The notes: generated by a model from the sequence alone, not told the origin. 10,087 nt of DNA from an uncultured Oligoflexus sp. (GCA_964236955.1 CAXSGP010000084.1:10840-20926); one strand, 5' to 3'. Positions 1-7,925 are shown, counted from the first letter of the stretch. A program made the numbers and translations.

Positions 1-682
1 GATCGTTCATGGTAAACCCATGCATGGCCCCCTTGTACAATTCCGAAGTATAGCGCACACCTCCGGCATCCAGGGCTTGCTCAAACACCTTAATTTGTGC
101 GGGCGTCATATTCGAATCCTGATCCGCATGCGCCACGTATATTTGAGCTTTGATCTGTCCGGCAAGGAGATGAGGACTGCTGAGTTCATCCGTAACAAGA
201 CGTCCGGCGTGAAAGCTAGCGGCGGCCCTTATGTGATCTGGAAAATTAGCCGCGCTGCGAATGGCCAGTGCACCCCCCAGGCAGTAGCCGACAGTCACAG
301 TTCGCGAAATGTCAGCCCTGGCCTGTGCCTTTGCAAAGTCAAACAGGCTTTCTGTATCGCGCCGCACCTGCTCGGCTGTGCACTGCGCCATCATGGGCAT
401 GATCTCTTTGAACAATTCCCCCAGCCCGCCGGGAGCCTGAAGCTTTGTATAATCAAAAAGCGGAACGCGACGCGCTCGGTAAAACAGATTCGGCGCGATT
501 ACAAAATAGCCTTTTTCCGCTATCTTCTCGACCATAGCATAGATCTGCGGCCTCAGGCCTATAGCGTCCATATAAAAGAGGACAAGGGGAAGTGACGATG
601 TGTCCCCACCGTTTTCCGGATAGGCCACGTAACTATCACACAGACCATCGGCAGTCGGGATATCAAGTAATTTTGCGTTCAT
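1..682 (-). CDS. Dienelactone hydrolase family alpha/beta hydrolase, 3' end beyond the left edge
   Basis: Manual translation from ATG at 682: MNAKLLDIPTADGLCDSYVAYP..LVLFYMDAIGLRPQI..GYFVIAPNLFYR..VGYCLGG..AAASFHAG..YVAHADQD..YKGAMHGFTMND. It has the G-x-C-x-G-G nucleophile, the Asp and the HGF His. The frame is open to the window edge, and track ORF 20..595 is its antisense shadow. Confidence 0.93.
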   Translation of the reverse strand, partial: MNAKLLDIPTADGLCDSYVAYPENGGDTSSLPLVLFYMDAIGLRPQIYAMVEKIAEKGYFVIAPNLFYRARRVPLFDYTKLQAPGGLGELFKEIMPMMAQCTAEQVRRDTESLFDFAKAQARADISRTVTVGYCLGGALAIRSAANFPDHIRAAASFHAGRLVTDELSSPHLLAGQIKAQIYVAHADQDSNMTPAQIKVFEQALDAGGVRYTSELYKGAMHGFTMND

Positions 683-763
683 GAAATCTCACAATTCTAA
701 ACAGACAAGACGTTTATTCATAAACCAATCTGGACTGAGTCGATAGTTCAAAAGTTTCACCCG

Positions 764-1108
764 CTAGGGAAGCAATCGGCTCCGCAACTCCTCCACTAGC
801 TCGCCGATAGCCATTTCCAAGGCCAAAAATATTTGCTCCTCATCTCCTTTAATACCTTCGTAGCCGTGACTTTCAAGCTCCTGCGCAAAGTCCACCGCAG
901 CCTTTGCCCCGAAGTTGGACACAGCCCCCTTTAGGCTATGAGCAGACATAGCCAAAGCTTTTGGATTACCCGAATCAACGGCAGCCTTAACCTGGCTTAG
1001 CAGTTCGTCAACCGCAGACAGAAACACCTCAAGCACCAAGCAGATGGCAGAACGATCATTATCAAAATTACTGTCTAACGTTTCCCAGTCCACCACTGAA
1101 GAACCCAT
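764..1108 (-). CDS. Stand-alone Hpt (histidine phosphotransfer) domain protein
   Basis: AHSLKGAVSNFGA matches the Hpt H-x-L-K-G motif; 114 aa; SD-like GGAAGGA upstream of the ATG. Confidence 0.92.
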   Translation of the reverse strand: MGSSVVDWETLDSNFDNDRSAICLVLEVFLSAVDELLSQVKAAVDSGNPKALAMSAHSLKGAVSNFGAKAAVDFAQELESHGYEGIKGDEEQIFLALEMAIGELVEELRSRLLP

Positions 1109-1368
1109 GCACTATCCTTCCACGTGTTTCTGAGGCAAATACATCAATGCGCTACAGGTCGAAGCGAGCGGAACCTGACGAGTAGTCTTTTTCCACTAAT
1201 CGTTGTCGGAAGGCGTTGATTTTAAGCTTAGATAAAATTTCCAAAACCTATGTCAAAGCATTGTTTTTACTGAAATATTTATCATGTTTAGGACTTAAAG
1301 ATCAGCCTGCCGGGGCGAAAAAGCGGAGGCGGTCTGGAGCCAATGAAGCGGGTGAGTTGGAGCTTGGC

Positions 1369-1398
1369 AAACAAAAAGAGCGAAGGTAAGCCCTTCGC
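1369..1398 (-). terminator. Intrinsic terminator downstream of the ankyrin gene
   Basis: Minus strand reads GCGAAGG-GCTTA-CCTTCGC (7-bp stem) then TCTTTTTGTTT, about 75 nt after the stop at 1472. Confidence 0.75.
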
Positions 1399-1471
1399 CT
1401 TTGACAAGAATCAGCCCATAAAAATATTCTATTAAAATTGGCTCAATCCATAAGTTTGAAAACTTTCGCTC

Positions 1472-1882
1472 TCAGTATGAATTTTCCCGTAAATAAAGGG
1501 CAACCTCGGTGCGGCCAAACATATCGGCAAAGCCTTCTGCAGTTAGATCCTTAGGGCTCTTGGCCGATCTATCCGCACCGGAACCGATCAACATCTTCAC
1601 AATTTTCAGATTGCCTTTAAAAGCAGCTCCCATAAGAACTGATTTTCCGGATTGGTCTTTCGTATTGGGGTTAGCACCCAATTTCAAGAGAAACTGGGTC
1701 AGTTCCTCGTGACCATGATAAGCGGCCAGCATCAGTACGGTATAGCCTTTTACATCCTCTTTTTGTAGTTCATCTGCGCTCAGGTCAAGCGCCCGCAAAG
1801 CGTCTACATCCCCGTTCCGTGCATGTTCGAACATGATGCTTTCGGTGGCCATGGTTTTTTTATAGTTTTCCCAGGTTCGCAT
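1472..1882 (-). CDS. Ankyrin repeat protein resembling catalase-associated AnkB-type ankyrins
   Basis: Repeats GYTVLMLAAYHGHEELTQFLLKLGANPN and GKSVLMGAAFKGNLKIVKMLIGSGAD, plus a partial C-terminal repeat; SD AGGAG upstream of the ATG. Confidence 0.92.
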   Translation of the reverse strand: MRTWENYKKTMATESIMFEHARNGDVDALRALDLSADELQKEDVKGYTVLMLAAYHGHEELTQFLLKLGANPNTKDQSGKSVLMGAAFKGNLKIVKMLIGSGADRSAKSPKDLTAEGFADMFGRTEVALYLRENSY

Positions 1883-2084
1883 GAGAGTCTCCTATTGGGG
1901 GGGTATCACACTTCCGGCTGTTCCAGTTGACATTTACTTTATAGCTTTTACGAATTCACAGTAGATTGTAATTTCGATGAATGGAAATATTTTCTAGCAA
2001 GGGCGCTTCAGTGAAAATATTCATGAACAGCTGCTATAAAATGACAGTTTTTTAGATGGGCCTAAATTCAGCCTGGGCACGAAA

Positions 2085-2124
<40 letters not shown>

Positions 2125-2146
2125 AATTAATCAGTAATTAAACTCA

Positions 2147-2557
2147 TTAACCTATCTTGGTTTCGCTCTTAGAGGCCGTCAGGAGCTGCTCGTGAATATG
2201 CTTCAGGGCCTGCACCTGATTATTGGATGCCAGGGCAAATTCCATCGGCGAAACATTAGCCAGAGTTTCAGCCTTGCGATGAAACCAGCTCGTCTTAAAT
2301 TTAAATTGAGGATCATCACGATTGGAGTGAGGATAAAGCAACCATAATAGCTTATGTATGTTGGAAAGCTCTTCTGCTACAGCCAGGCCAAAATCTGAAT
2401 CCGGAATCTGTTTGGCGGTATTCATATTACTAAGGCGCACCCGATTGAAGGGCTGGGCCAGGAGAAAAGCCTGCTCCTTCTTACTAAATCCATATAAGTT
2501 CGCAATATTCCAAAAGGCTTTGCCTGCCGCATCATGGTCTTCAAAAAGCTTGGACAT
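2147..2557 (-). CDS. Xre/MbcA/ParS (DUF2384)-like antitoxin-family protein, no adjacent toxin
   Basis: AGKAFWNIANLYGFSKKEQAFLL..LSNIHKLLWLLYP..SWFHRKAETLANVSPMEF follows the family pattern as I recall it (AFFNIAxxWGLSxxEQxxLLG..LLGIYKALxxLFP..WxxxPN..GxSPLD). ATG start with a GGAG SD. Confidence 0.65.
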   Translation of the reverse strand: MSKLFEDHDAAGKAFWNIANLYGFSKKEQAFLLAQPFNRVRLSNMNTAKQIPDSDFGLAVAEELSNIHKLLWLLYPHSNRDDPQFKFKTSWFHRKAETLANVSPMEFALASNNQVQALKHIHEQLLTASKSETKIG

Positions 2558-2593
2558 CAGAAACTCCGAGGGTTGAACTGCGTCGGAGTGCCT

Positions 2594-2620
2594 TTTATAT
2601 CAATCCTTTCCAAGGGTCAA
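2594..2620 (-). promoter_or_regulatory. Putative sigma-70 promoter of the antitoxin-like gene
   Basis: TTGACC (2620-2615) and an extended -10 TG-A-TATAAA (hexamer 2599-2594). The 15-nt spacer is short. Confidence 0.4.
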
Positions 2621-2842
2621 CGGCTAGTTGATTGTTCAACAGTGTTGGAATTGCCAGTATTCAACCAGAGCCTTTGCTCCCACTTGCCAGGCTTTGGTCT
2701 TGTTGAAGCCTGGTGTCGGACCTTGCATGACCTAAAGCTTCCCAGCGCATCGATTTCGAGCGGAACCGCCGCCGTCGCAATCACCTGTCATCAATGGATG
2801 GCAAGGCATAGATCAGCAATCTTGCAGGAATGATAAGTCACC

Positions 2843-3388
2843 TTAAATTTTTTGGTGGGGATCATAGGCTTTCAACAGATCAGCCATCTCATCGGCATGC
2901 TCTTCTTCAACTGCGAGTATCGTCTCGAGAATACGGCGGGTTGTGGGATCGGCTTCCCCAATATATCGAATGGCTGCACCGTAAACATCAATGGCAATCC
3001 GTTCAGCGATAAGATTTTCCTTGATCATATCGACAAGATTGTCACACTCTTTGTATTCTGTATGACTGCGTTGCGCGAGACTGGACGGATTCAAATTAAT
3101 CTCGCCGCCCAATTGTTTGATTCGCGACGCCAGCATATCAGCGTGCTCCTGCTCTTGAGCCGCATGCTCAGCAAAATGCTTGGCAATCGGTTCCGCATGA
3201 ATGCCTTCCGCTGCCTTAGCGTGCTGAGTGTAACGCAAAACACAAAGCCATTCGGTGGCCATGGAGCTGTCAAGAATTTTAAGGATGGTCTCGCGATTCG
3301 CCTTATAATCTGCTGTAACTGCGCCTTTTTTTATATGCTCACGCGCATTGCTGCGAATTGTTTTTATATCTAGAATAAATTCACTCAT
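2843..3388 (-). CDS. Ferritin-like (bacterioferritin/DPSL-related) diiron protein
   Basis: Ferroxidase ligand pattern ATEW..EQEH..IAER..EEEH and RIKQLGG. ATG 3388 (MSEFILD) has SD GAGGGA and is preferred over TTG 3403. Confidence 0.92.
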   Translation of the reverse strand: MSEFILDIKTIRSNAREHIKKGAVTADYKANRETILKILDSSMATEWLCVLRYTQHAKAAEGIHAEPIAKHFAEHAAQEQEHADMLASRIKQLGGEINLNPSSLAQRSHTEYKECDNLVDMIKENLIAERIAIDVYGAAIRYIGEADPTTRRILETILAVEEEHADEMADLLKAYDPHQKI

Positions 3389-3434
3389 AAGACTGTCCCT
3401 CAATAAACGATACGACCAACGGAATAGCTAACCC

Positions 3435-3450
3435 TTCAATATCCGTGCCA
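3435..3450 (-). promoter_or_regulatory. Putative sigma-54 (-24/-12) promoter of the ferritin-like gene
   Basis: Minus strand TGGCAC-GGATA-TTGAA versus consensus TGGCAC-N5-TTGCW (one mismatch, exact spacing), about 47 nt upstream of the ATG. Confidence 0.65.
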
Positions 3451-3794
3451 TAGAATTTGTAGCAATGGTATTAACAGAGTAGCAGCTTCCACCGTATGAT
3501 TTTAACAACAGGGGTGACTCTTGCCGTATTCATACGCAGCAAAAATGACCAAGGCGCGCTTCTTTTGACAGGCTTATCAAAAATCCCAGTCTTGAATTTA
3601 TGACAAAGGCTAATTAAGCCCGGCTGTGGGATTTATTACCTATTAGACACCCTATTGAAATTGTTGACATAAAATTCGTCTTCGAAGTCTAAGGGAACAA
3701 GCCGGAAAGAAATTTTTCATTCCCCTGAAATTGTTCCGAAAGGTTCCTTATGTGACCCATCATTGCAAAAAACATCGGTGCTCAGGGAAAAACT

Positions 3795-4388
3795 ATGAAT
3801 TACGTCCTAATAGCAGTCGTAGCTTTGGTATTCAGTTGCACCCAACACATGACCGCTCACAGCGTCCAGTCTCAAGCCAAATCCGCCTCAGCATCGGTTA
3901 CCATGACCGCTTCGTTTCAAAGTCTGGCGGACCTTCCCCACTGCGATGCTGGCAGTGAACATTTGGGTGCTTATATCAGGGACCGACAAGCTTTCGTTCA
4001 GTGCCTCAATTCCTCCTGGCGCGATGTGAGGCCCGGCGATACCAGTGGTCATTTTCTTGCGCGAGAACCGATTCGCTATTATGAATGGACCGATCGAAGC
4101 ACTGGCATGCGTTGGTCGCTTCCCAAACAGGATGAAATAAATATGGCGGCACTCAATCGAAATATATGCAGCAAGGGCTGGAAATTACCGACTCACGATG
4201 AGCTGACGCAGGCCTCCTTCAATGGCTTGTTTGAAGGTCTCAAATCGCATGGAGGCATTGCCTTTGATAAAGCCTGGACCGCAAATCTTGATGCCCTGGC
4301 TGGGATTTCCAAGGGCACTCTCATGGCACTGATGCCTGGCAGTGACGTAGAAACTAAAGCGGGTGTCTACTGCGTGGCTGCAAATTAA
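3795..4388 (+). CDS. Lipoprotein with a Cys-pair N-terminal module and a DUF1566/Lcl-like C-terminal domain
   Basis: Signal peptide with lipobox-like VFS-C15; WTDRSTGMRW..CSKGWKLPTHDEL..AWT..GVYCV fits the DUF1566 pattern; SD-like AGGGA. Confidence 0.7.
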   Translation: MNYVLIAVVALVFSCTQHMTAHSVQSQAKSASASVTMTASFQSLADLPHCDAGSEHLGAYIRDRQAFVQCLNSSWRDVRPGDTSGHFLAREPIRYYEWTDRSTGMRWSLPKQDEINMAALNRNICSKGWKLPTHDELTQASFNGLFEGLKSHGGIAFDKAWTANLDALAGISKGTLMALMPGSDVETKAGVYCVAAN

Positions 4389-4458
4389 TTTATGACCTGA
4401 GGGTTATGTTCAAAAGGTTCGCCTTGAGCGGGCTAGCTAAGCTTTTGCAACCTGATGG

Positions 4459-5184
4459 CTAGCCTTTAAGTCCGGCATAGACGCGGTGAACATCATCGAA
4501 ATCATCGATAGCCCCAAGAAAATCGGCAACATCCTTATACTGCTCGGGACTCAGTTCAACATCGGTTTTGGACCGGTAGGCAAGCTCGGACTTACTGATA
4601 ATCCAGCCCAGATCGGCTAAGTTTTTATTCACCTTATCGAGATCGCTGGCTTCGCTATAAAATCTACCGCCAGTCTGGCCTTCGCCCACTTCAGACGCTT
4701 CCAGCGCTTCGACGTCCTGGGCACCAGCCTCGATTGCGGAATCCTCACGATCGATATTGGCTTTGGAATGCATCGCTTCAAGAACGCCTACACGTTCAAA
4801 CATCCATCCCACCGAACCTATCGACCCTAACTGACCCTTGCGAAAGAACACGCGCATTTCTGAAGCGGTTCGGTTCTTGTTATCCGTCAGACATTCCACG
4901 ATGACGGGGACATTATGAGGAGCAAATCCTTCGTACATAATCGTTTCATAGCTGACTGAGTCGTCACCGATGCCCGCGCCCTTTTTAATGGCGCGTTCGA
5001 TCGTTTCCTTCGGAACTGACGATTTCCGGGCGGCTTCTATCGCTGCCCGCAGCCGCGCGTTATGTTCCGGTGAGGGATCACCGGACTTGGCTGCAACGGT
5101 GATTTCTTTCGACAGTTTGCCGAACGCGGTGCCTCTTTTTGCTGCTGCCTCTTGTTTAAAAGAGTGTTTCCATTGAGCTCCGAT
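4459..5184 (-). CDS. yebC: YebC/PmpR (TACO1) family protein, 241 aa, apparent ATC start
   Basis: The frame stays open for 82 codons upstream of the track's Met: (ATC)GAQWKHSFKQEAAAKRGTAFGKLSKEITVAAKSGDPSPEHNARLRAAIEAARKSSVPKETIERAIKKGAG, then YEGFAPHNVPVIVECLTDNKNRT..DDFDDVHRVY. SD GAGGAG lies at 5197-5192. Confidence 0.95.
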   Translation of the reverse strand: MGAQWKHSFKQEAAAKRGTAFGKLSKEITVAAKSGDPSPEHNARLRAAIEAARKSSVPKETIERAIKKGAGIGDDSVSYETIMYEGFAPHNVPVIVECLTDNKNRTASEMRVFFRKGQLGSIGSVGWMFERVGVLEAMHSKANIDREDSAIEAGAQDVEALEASEVGEGQTGGRFYSEASDLDKVNKNLADLGWIISKSELAYRSKTDVELSPEQYKDVADFLGAIDDFDDVHRVYAGLKG

Positions 5185-5681
5185 AGCACGTCTCCTCGAA
5201 TTTTAGTGATTTTGACTCCGGGCCCCAGCCATGAGGGAGGCTTAGAGCAGGCCCAGAACTGCAATATTTCAGCAAAGCTTAACCGCTTAAGTCTGCTTGT
5301 CTGGCATTAAGTCGCAACATTATCCCTATCCGCACCTTGACTGAAATAAACTTAAGAACTGAAAGTCGTTAAGTCAACGACGGAAAACATCTCCAGAAAC
5401 TTTAGAAAGATTCGACCGGCAGTTTTTCACCATGCTTTGCCTACGACTTTTTCTTTGTTAAATCAATAAAAAGGCTTTTGCTCTCAAAACCTGAGGCCAT
5501 CAAAGGATGGCTGATCCCAAGTCCCGGCCATTCTCTTCAAAGCCTTATCCAGCGTTATCCTTGGCGTCTGGATCCTATCGATTCTTTGATTGTCCCTGCC
5601 CAATATGCTAATGATGGAGGAGTCGGTTCCGAGACATTTGGCCAAGGCAGTACGGGCCGATTTCAACCCAGAAAGAACGTC

Positions 5682-6848
5682 ATGCGCAAGAGATTGATGG
5701 TAGCCACCTTGTTGTCTTTGGTCCTGTGTTTTTTATCAGGCCTCTCAGGCTGTGTTTCCCATGGTGAAGAGCCGCTGTCGCAAATACCCGTCCTCGATGA
5801 GGCCGGACTTACAAAACACATACCGACGACCGTCAGGGATAGAGAAGGCTGGTCCGAAGACATCATCGGTGGCCTTCGCGCCATTGCAAAGGAAGCGACC
5901 GCCGAGCGGGTCTGTGCAATCATTGCGATCATCCAGCAGGAATCCGGATTTCAAAAGGACCCCGTCGTGCAAAACCTGCCACAAATCGTCCGAAAAGGCC
6001 TTGAGGAAAAATTTTCCAGACTTGGGATTCTTGCCACGCCGGCCCTTTATGCTTTGCTCGCGGGCAAATCTCCCGGCAACCCCCTGACGTTTTCCGAGCG
6101 AATCGATCACCTTCAGACGGAACGGGACCTCGATAGAATGTTTCGTGATATCGAAGCGACCTATAAAGAAAGGCTGCCGGGAACCTTCGCCATTGCCAGT
6201 GCGATGTCGATGCTCCTGGGACGTGGTCGGCTCAATGAACTCAACCCCGTAACGACAGCTGGATCGATGCAGGTTAAAGTCAGTTTTGCCCGAACTGTCA
6301 AAGGCAACCAGGAGCTCAGCGATGAAGCCATTCGCGAGCAGCTCTACACGAGGGCCGGGGGAATCCGCTTCGGGACTGCGCGTCTCATCGACTATCCGGC
6401 CCAGTACGATGACATCGCCTTTCGTTTTGCCGACTATAATGCCGGCATTTATACCTCGAGAAATGCCGCATTTCAAGCGTTGCTAGTCGATCTCACCGGT
6501 ATGGCCCTTACCCTCGACGGTGATATCCTCGCCTATAGCGAGAATGGCGATCCCAAAAACTTCGACACGCAAAGTCTAAAGGCACTGCTAGCCTTCGGAG
6601 AAAAGCATGATCTGTCTGCATGGTCAATGCGTCGCGACGCGCGTCGGGAAAAGTCTGAGGATTTTGAGGAGACGGACTCATGGAAGGAAGTTCGGGCCGC
6701 GTGGGAAAAGAAAACGGGCCGAAAGGCCCCTTATGCGCAGATACCCAATGTCAAGCTAAACTCACCAAAACTCTCGCGGACCCGTTCCACCGATTGGTTT
6801 GCCAGCAGCGTGAAGCGTCACTATCAAGAATGCCGGGCCCGAGATTAA
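5682..6848 (+). CDS. DUF1615 (YaiW-like) family lipoprotein
   Basis: ATG 5682 gives MRKRLMVATLLSLVLCFLSGLSG-C24 (lipobox). Family-like motifs: CAIIAIIQQESGF, NPVTTAGSMQV, FRFADYNAGIYTSRNAAFQ, SPKLSRTRSTDWFA..HYQEC. Confidence 0.88.
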   Translation: MRKRLMVATLLSLVLCFLSGLSGCVSHGEEPLSQIPVLDEAGLTKHIPTTVRDREGWSEDIIGGLRAIAKEATAERVCAIIAIIQQESGFQKDPVVQNLPQIVRKGLEEKFSRLGILATPALYALLAGKSPGNPLTFSERIDHLQTERDLDRMFRDIEATYKERLPGTFAIASAMSMLLGRGRLNELNPVTTAGSMQVKVSFARTVKGNQELSDEAIREQLYTRAGGIRFGTARLIDYPAQYDDIAFRFADYNAGIYTSRNAAFQALLVDLTGMALTLDGDILAYSENGDPKNFDTQSLKALLAFGEKHDLSAWSMRRDARREKSEDFEETDSWKEVRAAWEKKTGRKAPYAQIPNVKLNSPKLSRTRSTDWFASSVKRHYQECRARD

Positions 6849-6859
6849 GCGGCCCGGCA
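6831..6859. terminator. GC-rich hairpin at the junction of convergent genes, possible terminator or 3' stabiliser
   Basis: TGCCGGGCC-N11-GGCCCGGCA spans the DUF1615 stop codon; no U-tract. Confidence 0.45.
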
Positions 6860-6875
6860 AGTTCATGATCTTGAC

Positions 6876-7925
6876 CTAACCGAGGGATGAAGTCTCGTGG
6901 CTTTCCTCATTTTGCATGATGGTCGAAAACATGGCAAAGGCCCAGGGCCCTATCACAGCTCCCGCGATCCCAAACATGGCGATGCCACCCACCAGGGCCA
7001 TGAACAACCAAAAAAAATTGAGCTCAGAGGAACCCTTCATAAGCATGGGGCGAATAATATTATCGACGGAACCGATGAAAACCGCCATGCAGAGTATGCT
7101 GATACCTGCTACCGATTTATCATTGACGAAGGCATAAATAGCGGCCCCTATCATCACCGGTGCCGTTCCAAACACGGGTATAAAGGATAGGAAGAACGCC
7201 ATGGCTCCCCAAAGGTAATACTTGGGAATGCCGGCAAGGCCAAGGCTAGCGATAACCAGGATCGATTGAATGATTGAGAGGACAACGCTTGTCAAGACCA
7301 AGGCGCGCAGGACTTCGCCCATCGTATTGCAAATGATGTCCCGGGCTTCGGGCCAGGGAATCAGCTTGGGCAAAAGCACCCGTCGTTGCTCGCGCCCGTG
7401 CACCAAAAAGTAGACCCAGGCCATCACGGCGATCGAGACGAAGAGCAGGACGGCGGGAGTACCGCTGAGAAGATCAGCAAGACTCATCGCGACATTCTTT
7501 AAAAAGGGCTCTACACCCTGTTGAACTCGTGTAGAAATATCCGAAAATTTAAAGTTAAGACCGGAGCGCTGAATAATGGGAGTCAGAAAACGATTGAGCC
7601 AATTCACCATGTTTTGTCCGGTTTCGGCAGCTGAGGTATCCGCGCTAACATTTTTCCAAAAGTCGAGCAATTCGTTGGTGGCCGACCAGGAGAGGAGAAC
7701 CAGCGGTGCAATAAATAACGAAAGAACCGCCATGATATAGCCCAGCGACACGAAAAAACGTGCGCGGAGAGATTTGACATGCCAGCGCTCGCAGAGTCGG
7801 TAGGTTGGGCCTTCACAAAGATAGGCAAACACCATCCCTGTCGCCATGGGCAGCCAAAGGGGTTCAAGCACGTAAAGGCTGAGGGCCGCGACCAAAAGAA
7901 AAAACACACGCTGACGGGTAGTCAT
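6876..7925 (-). CDS. AI-2E family (UPF0118) transporter
   Basis: 349 aa multi-TM protein with FFLSFIPVFGT, SVDNIIRPMLM and ALVGGIAMFGIAGAVIGP motifs; SD AAGGAG. Confidence 0.93.
   Translation of the reverse strand: MTTRQRVFFLLVAALSLYVLEPLWLPMATGMVFAYLCEGPTYRLCERWHVKSLRARFFVSLGYIMAVLSLFIAPLVLLSWSATNELLDFWKNVSADTSAAETGQNMVNWLNRFLTPIIQRSGLNFKFSDISTRVQQGVEPFLKNVAMSLADLLSGTPAVLLFVSIAVMAWVYFLVHGREQRRVLLPKLIPWPEARDIICNTMGEVLRALVLTSVVLSIIQSILVIASLGLAGIPKYYLWGAMAFFLSFIPVFGTAPVMIGAAIYAFVNDKSVAGISILCMAVFIGSVDNIIRPMLMKGSSELNFFWLFMALVGGIAMFGIAGAVIGPWAFAMFSTIMQNEESHETSSLG

Noticed and set aside
20..595. 191-aa + strand ORF
   Set aside because: Antisense shadow of the dienelactone hydrolase; no motifs.
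1960..2000. OxyR box upstream of the ankyrin gene
   Set aside because: The ATCG/CAAT and CTAG/CCAT half-sites have N6 and N9 spacing, not ATAG-N7-CTAT.
2534..2833. 99-aa + strand ORF, or short - strand ORFs, as the missing toxin
   Set aside because: No RES (R-E-S) signature, too short, no convincing SD, and overlapping the antitoxin-like gene's promoter.
2843..2900. Encapsulin cargo-loading peptide on the ferritin-like protein
   Set aside because: The C-terminus has no LxVGSL-like motif and no encapsulin gene is nearby.
2852..3373. 173-aa + strand ORF and other short overlapping ORFs (1509, 2358, 2830, 3091, 3731, 4970)
   Set aside because: Antisense or alternate-frame shadows of well-supported genes.
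3795..4388. DUF1566 gene as a diversity-generating retroelement target
   Set aside because: No reverse transcriptase or template repeat seen in the window.
5037..5264. 75-aa ORF as the frameshifted 5' half of yebC (pseudogene or programmed frameshift)
   Set aside because: The true YebC N-terminus is continuous in the 4459 frame up to 5184, so no frameshift is needed.
5478..5681. 68-codon N-terminal extension of DUF1615 from TTG 5478
   Set aside because: It would bury the lipoprotein signal peptide; ATG 5682 fits better.
5745..6476. 243-aa - strand ORF and other ORFs nested in the DUF1615 and AI-2E genes
   Set aside because: Shadow ORFs with no recognisable motifs.
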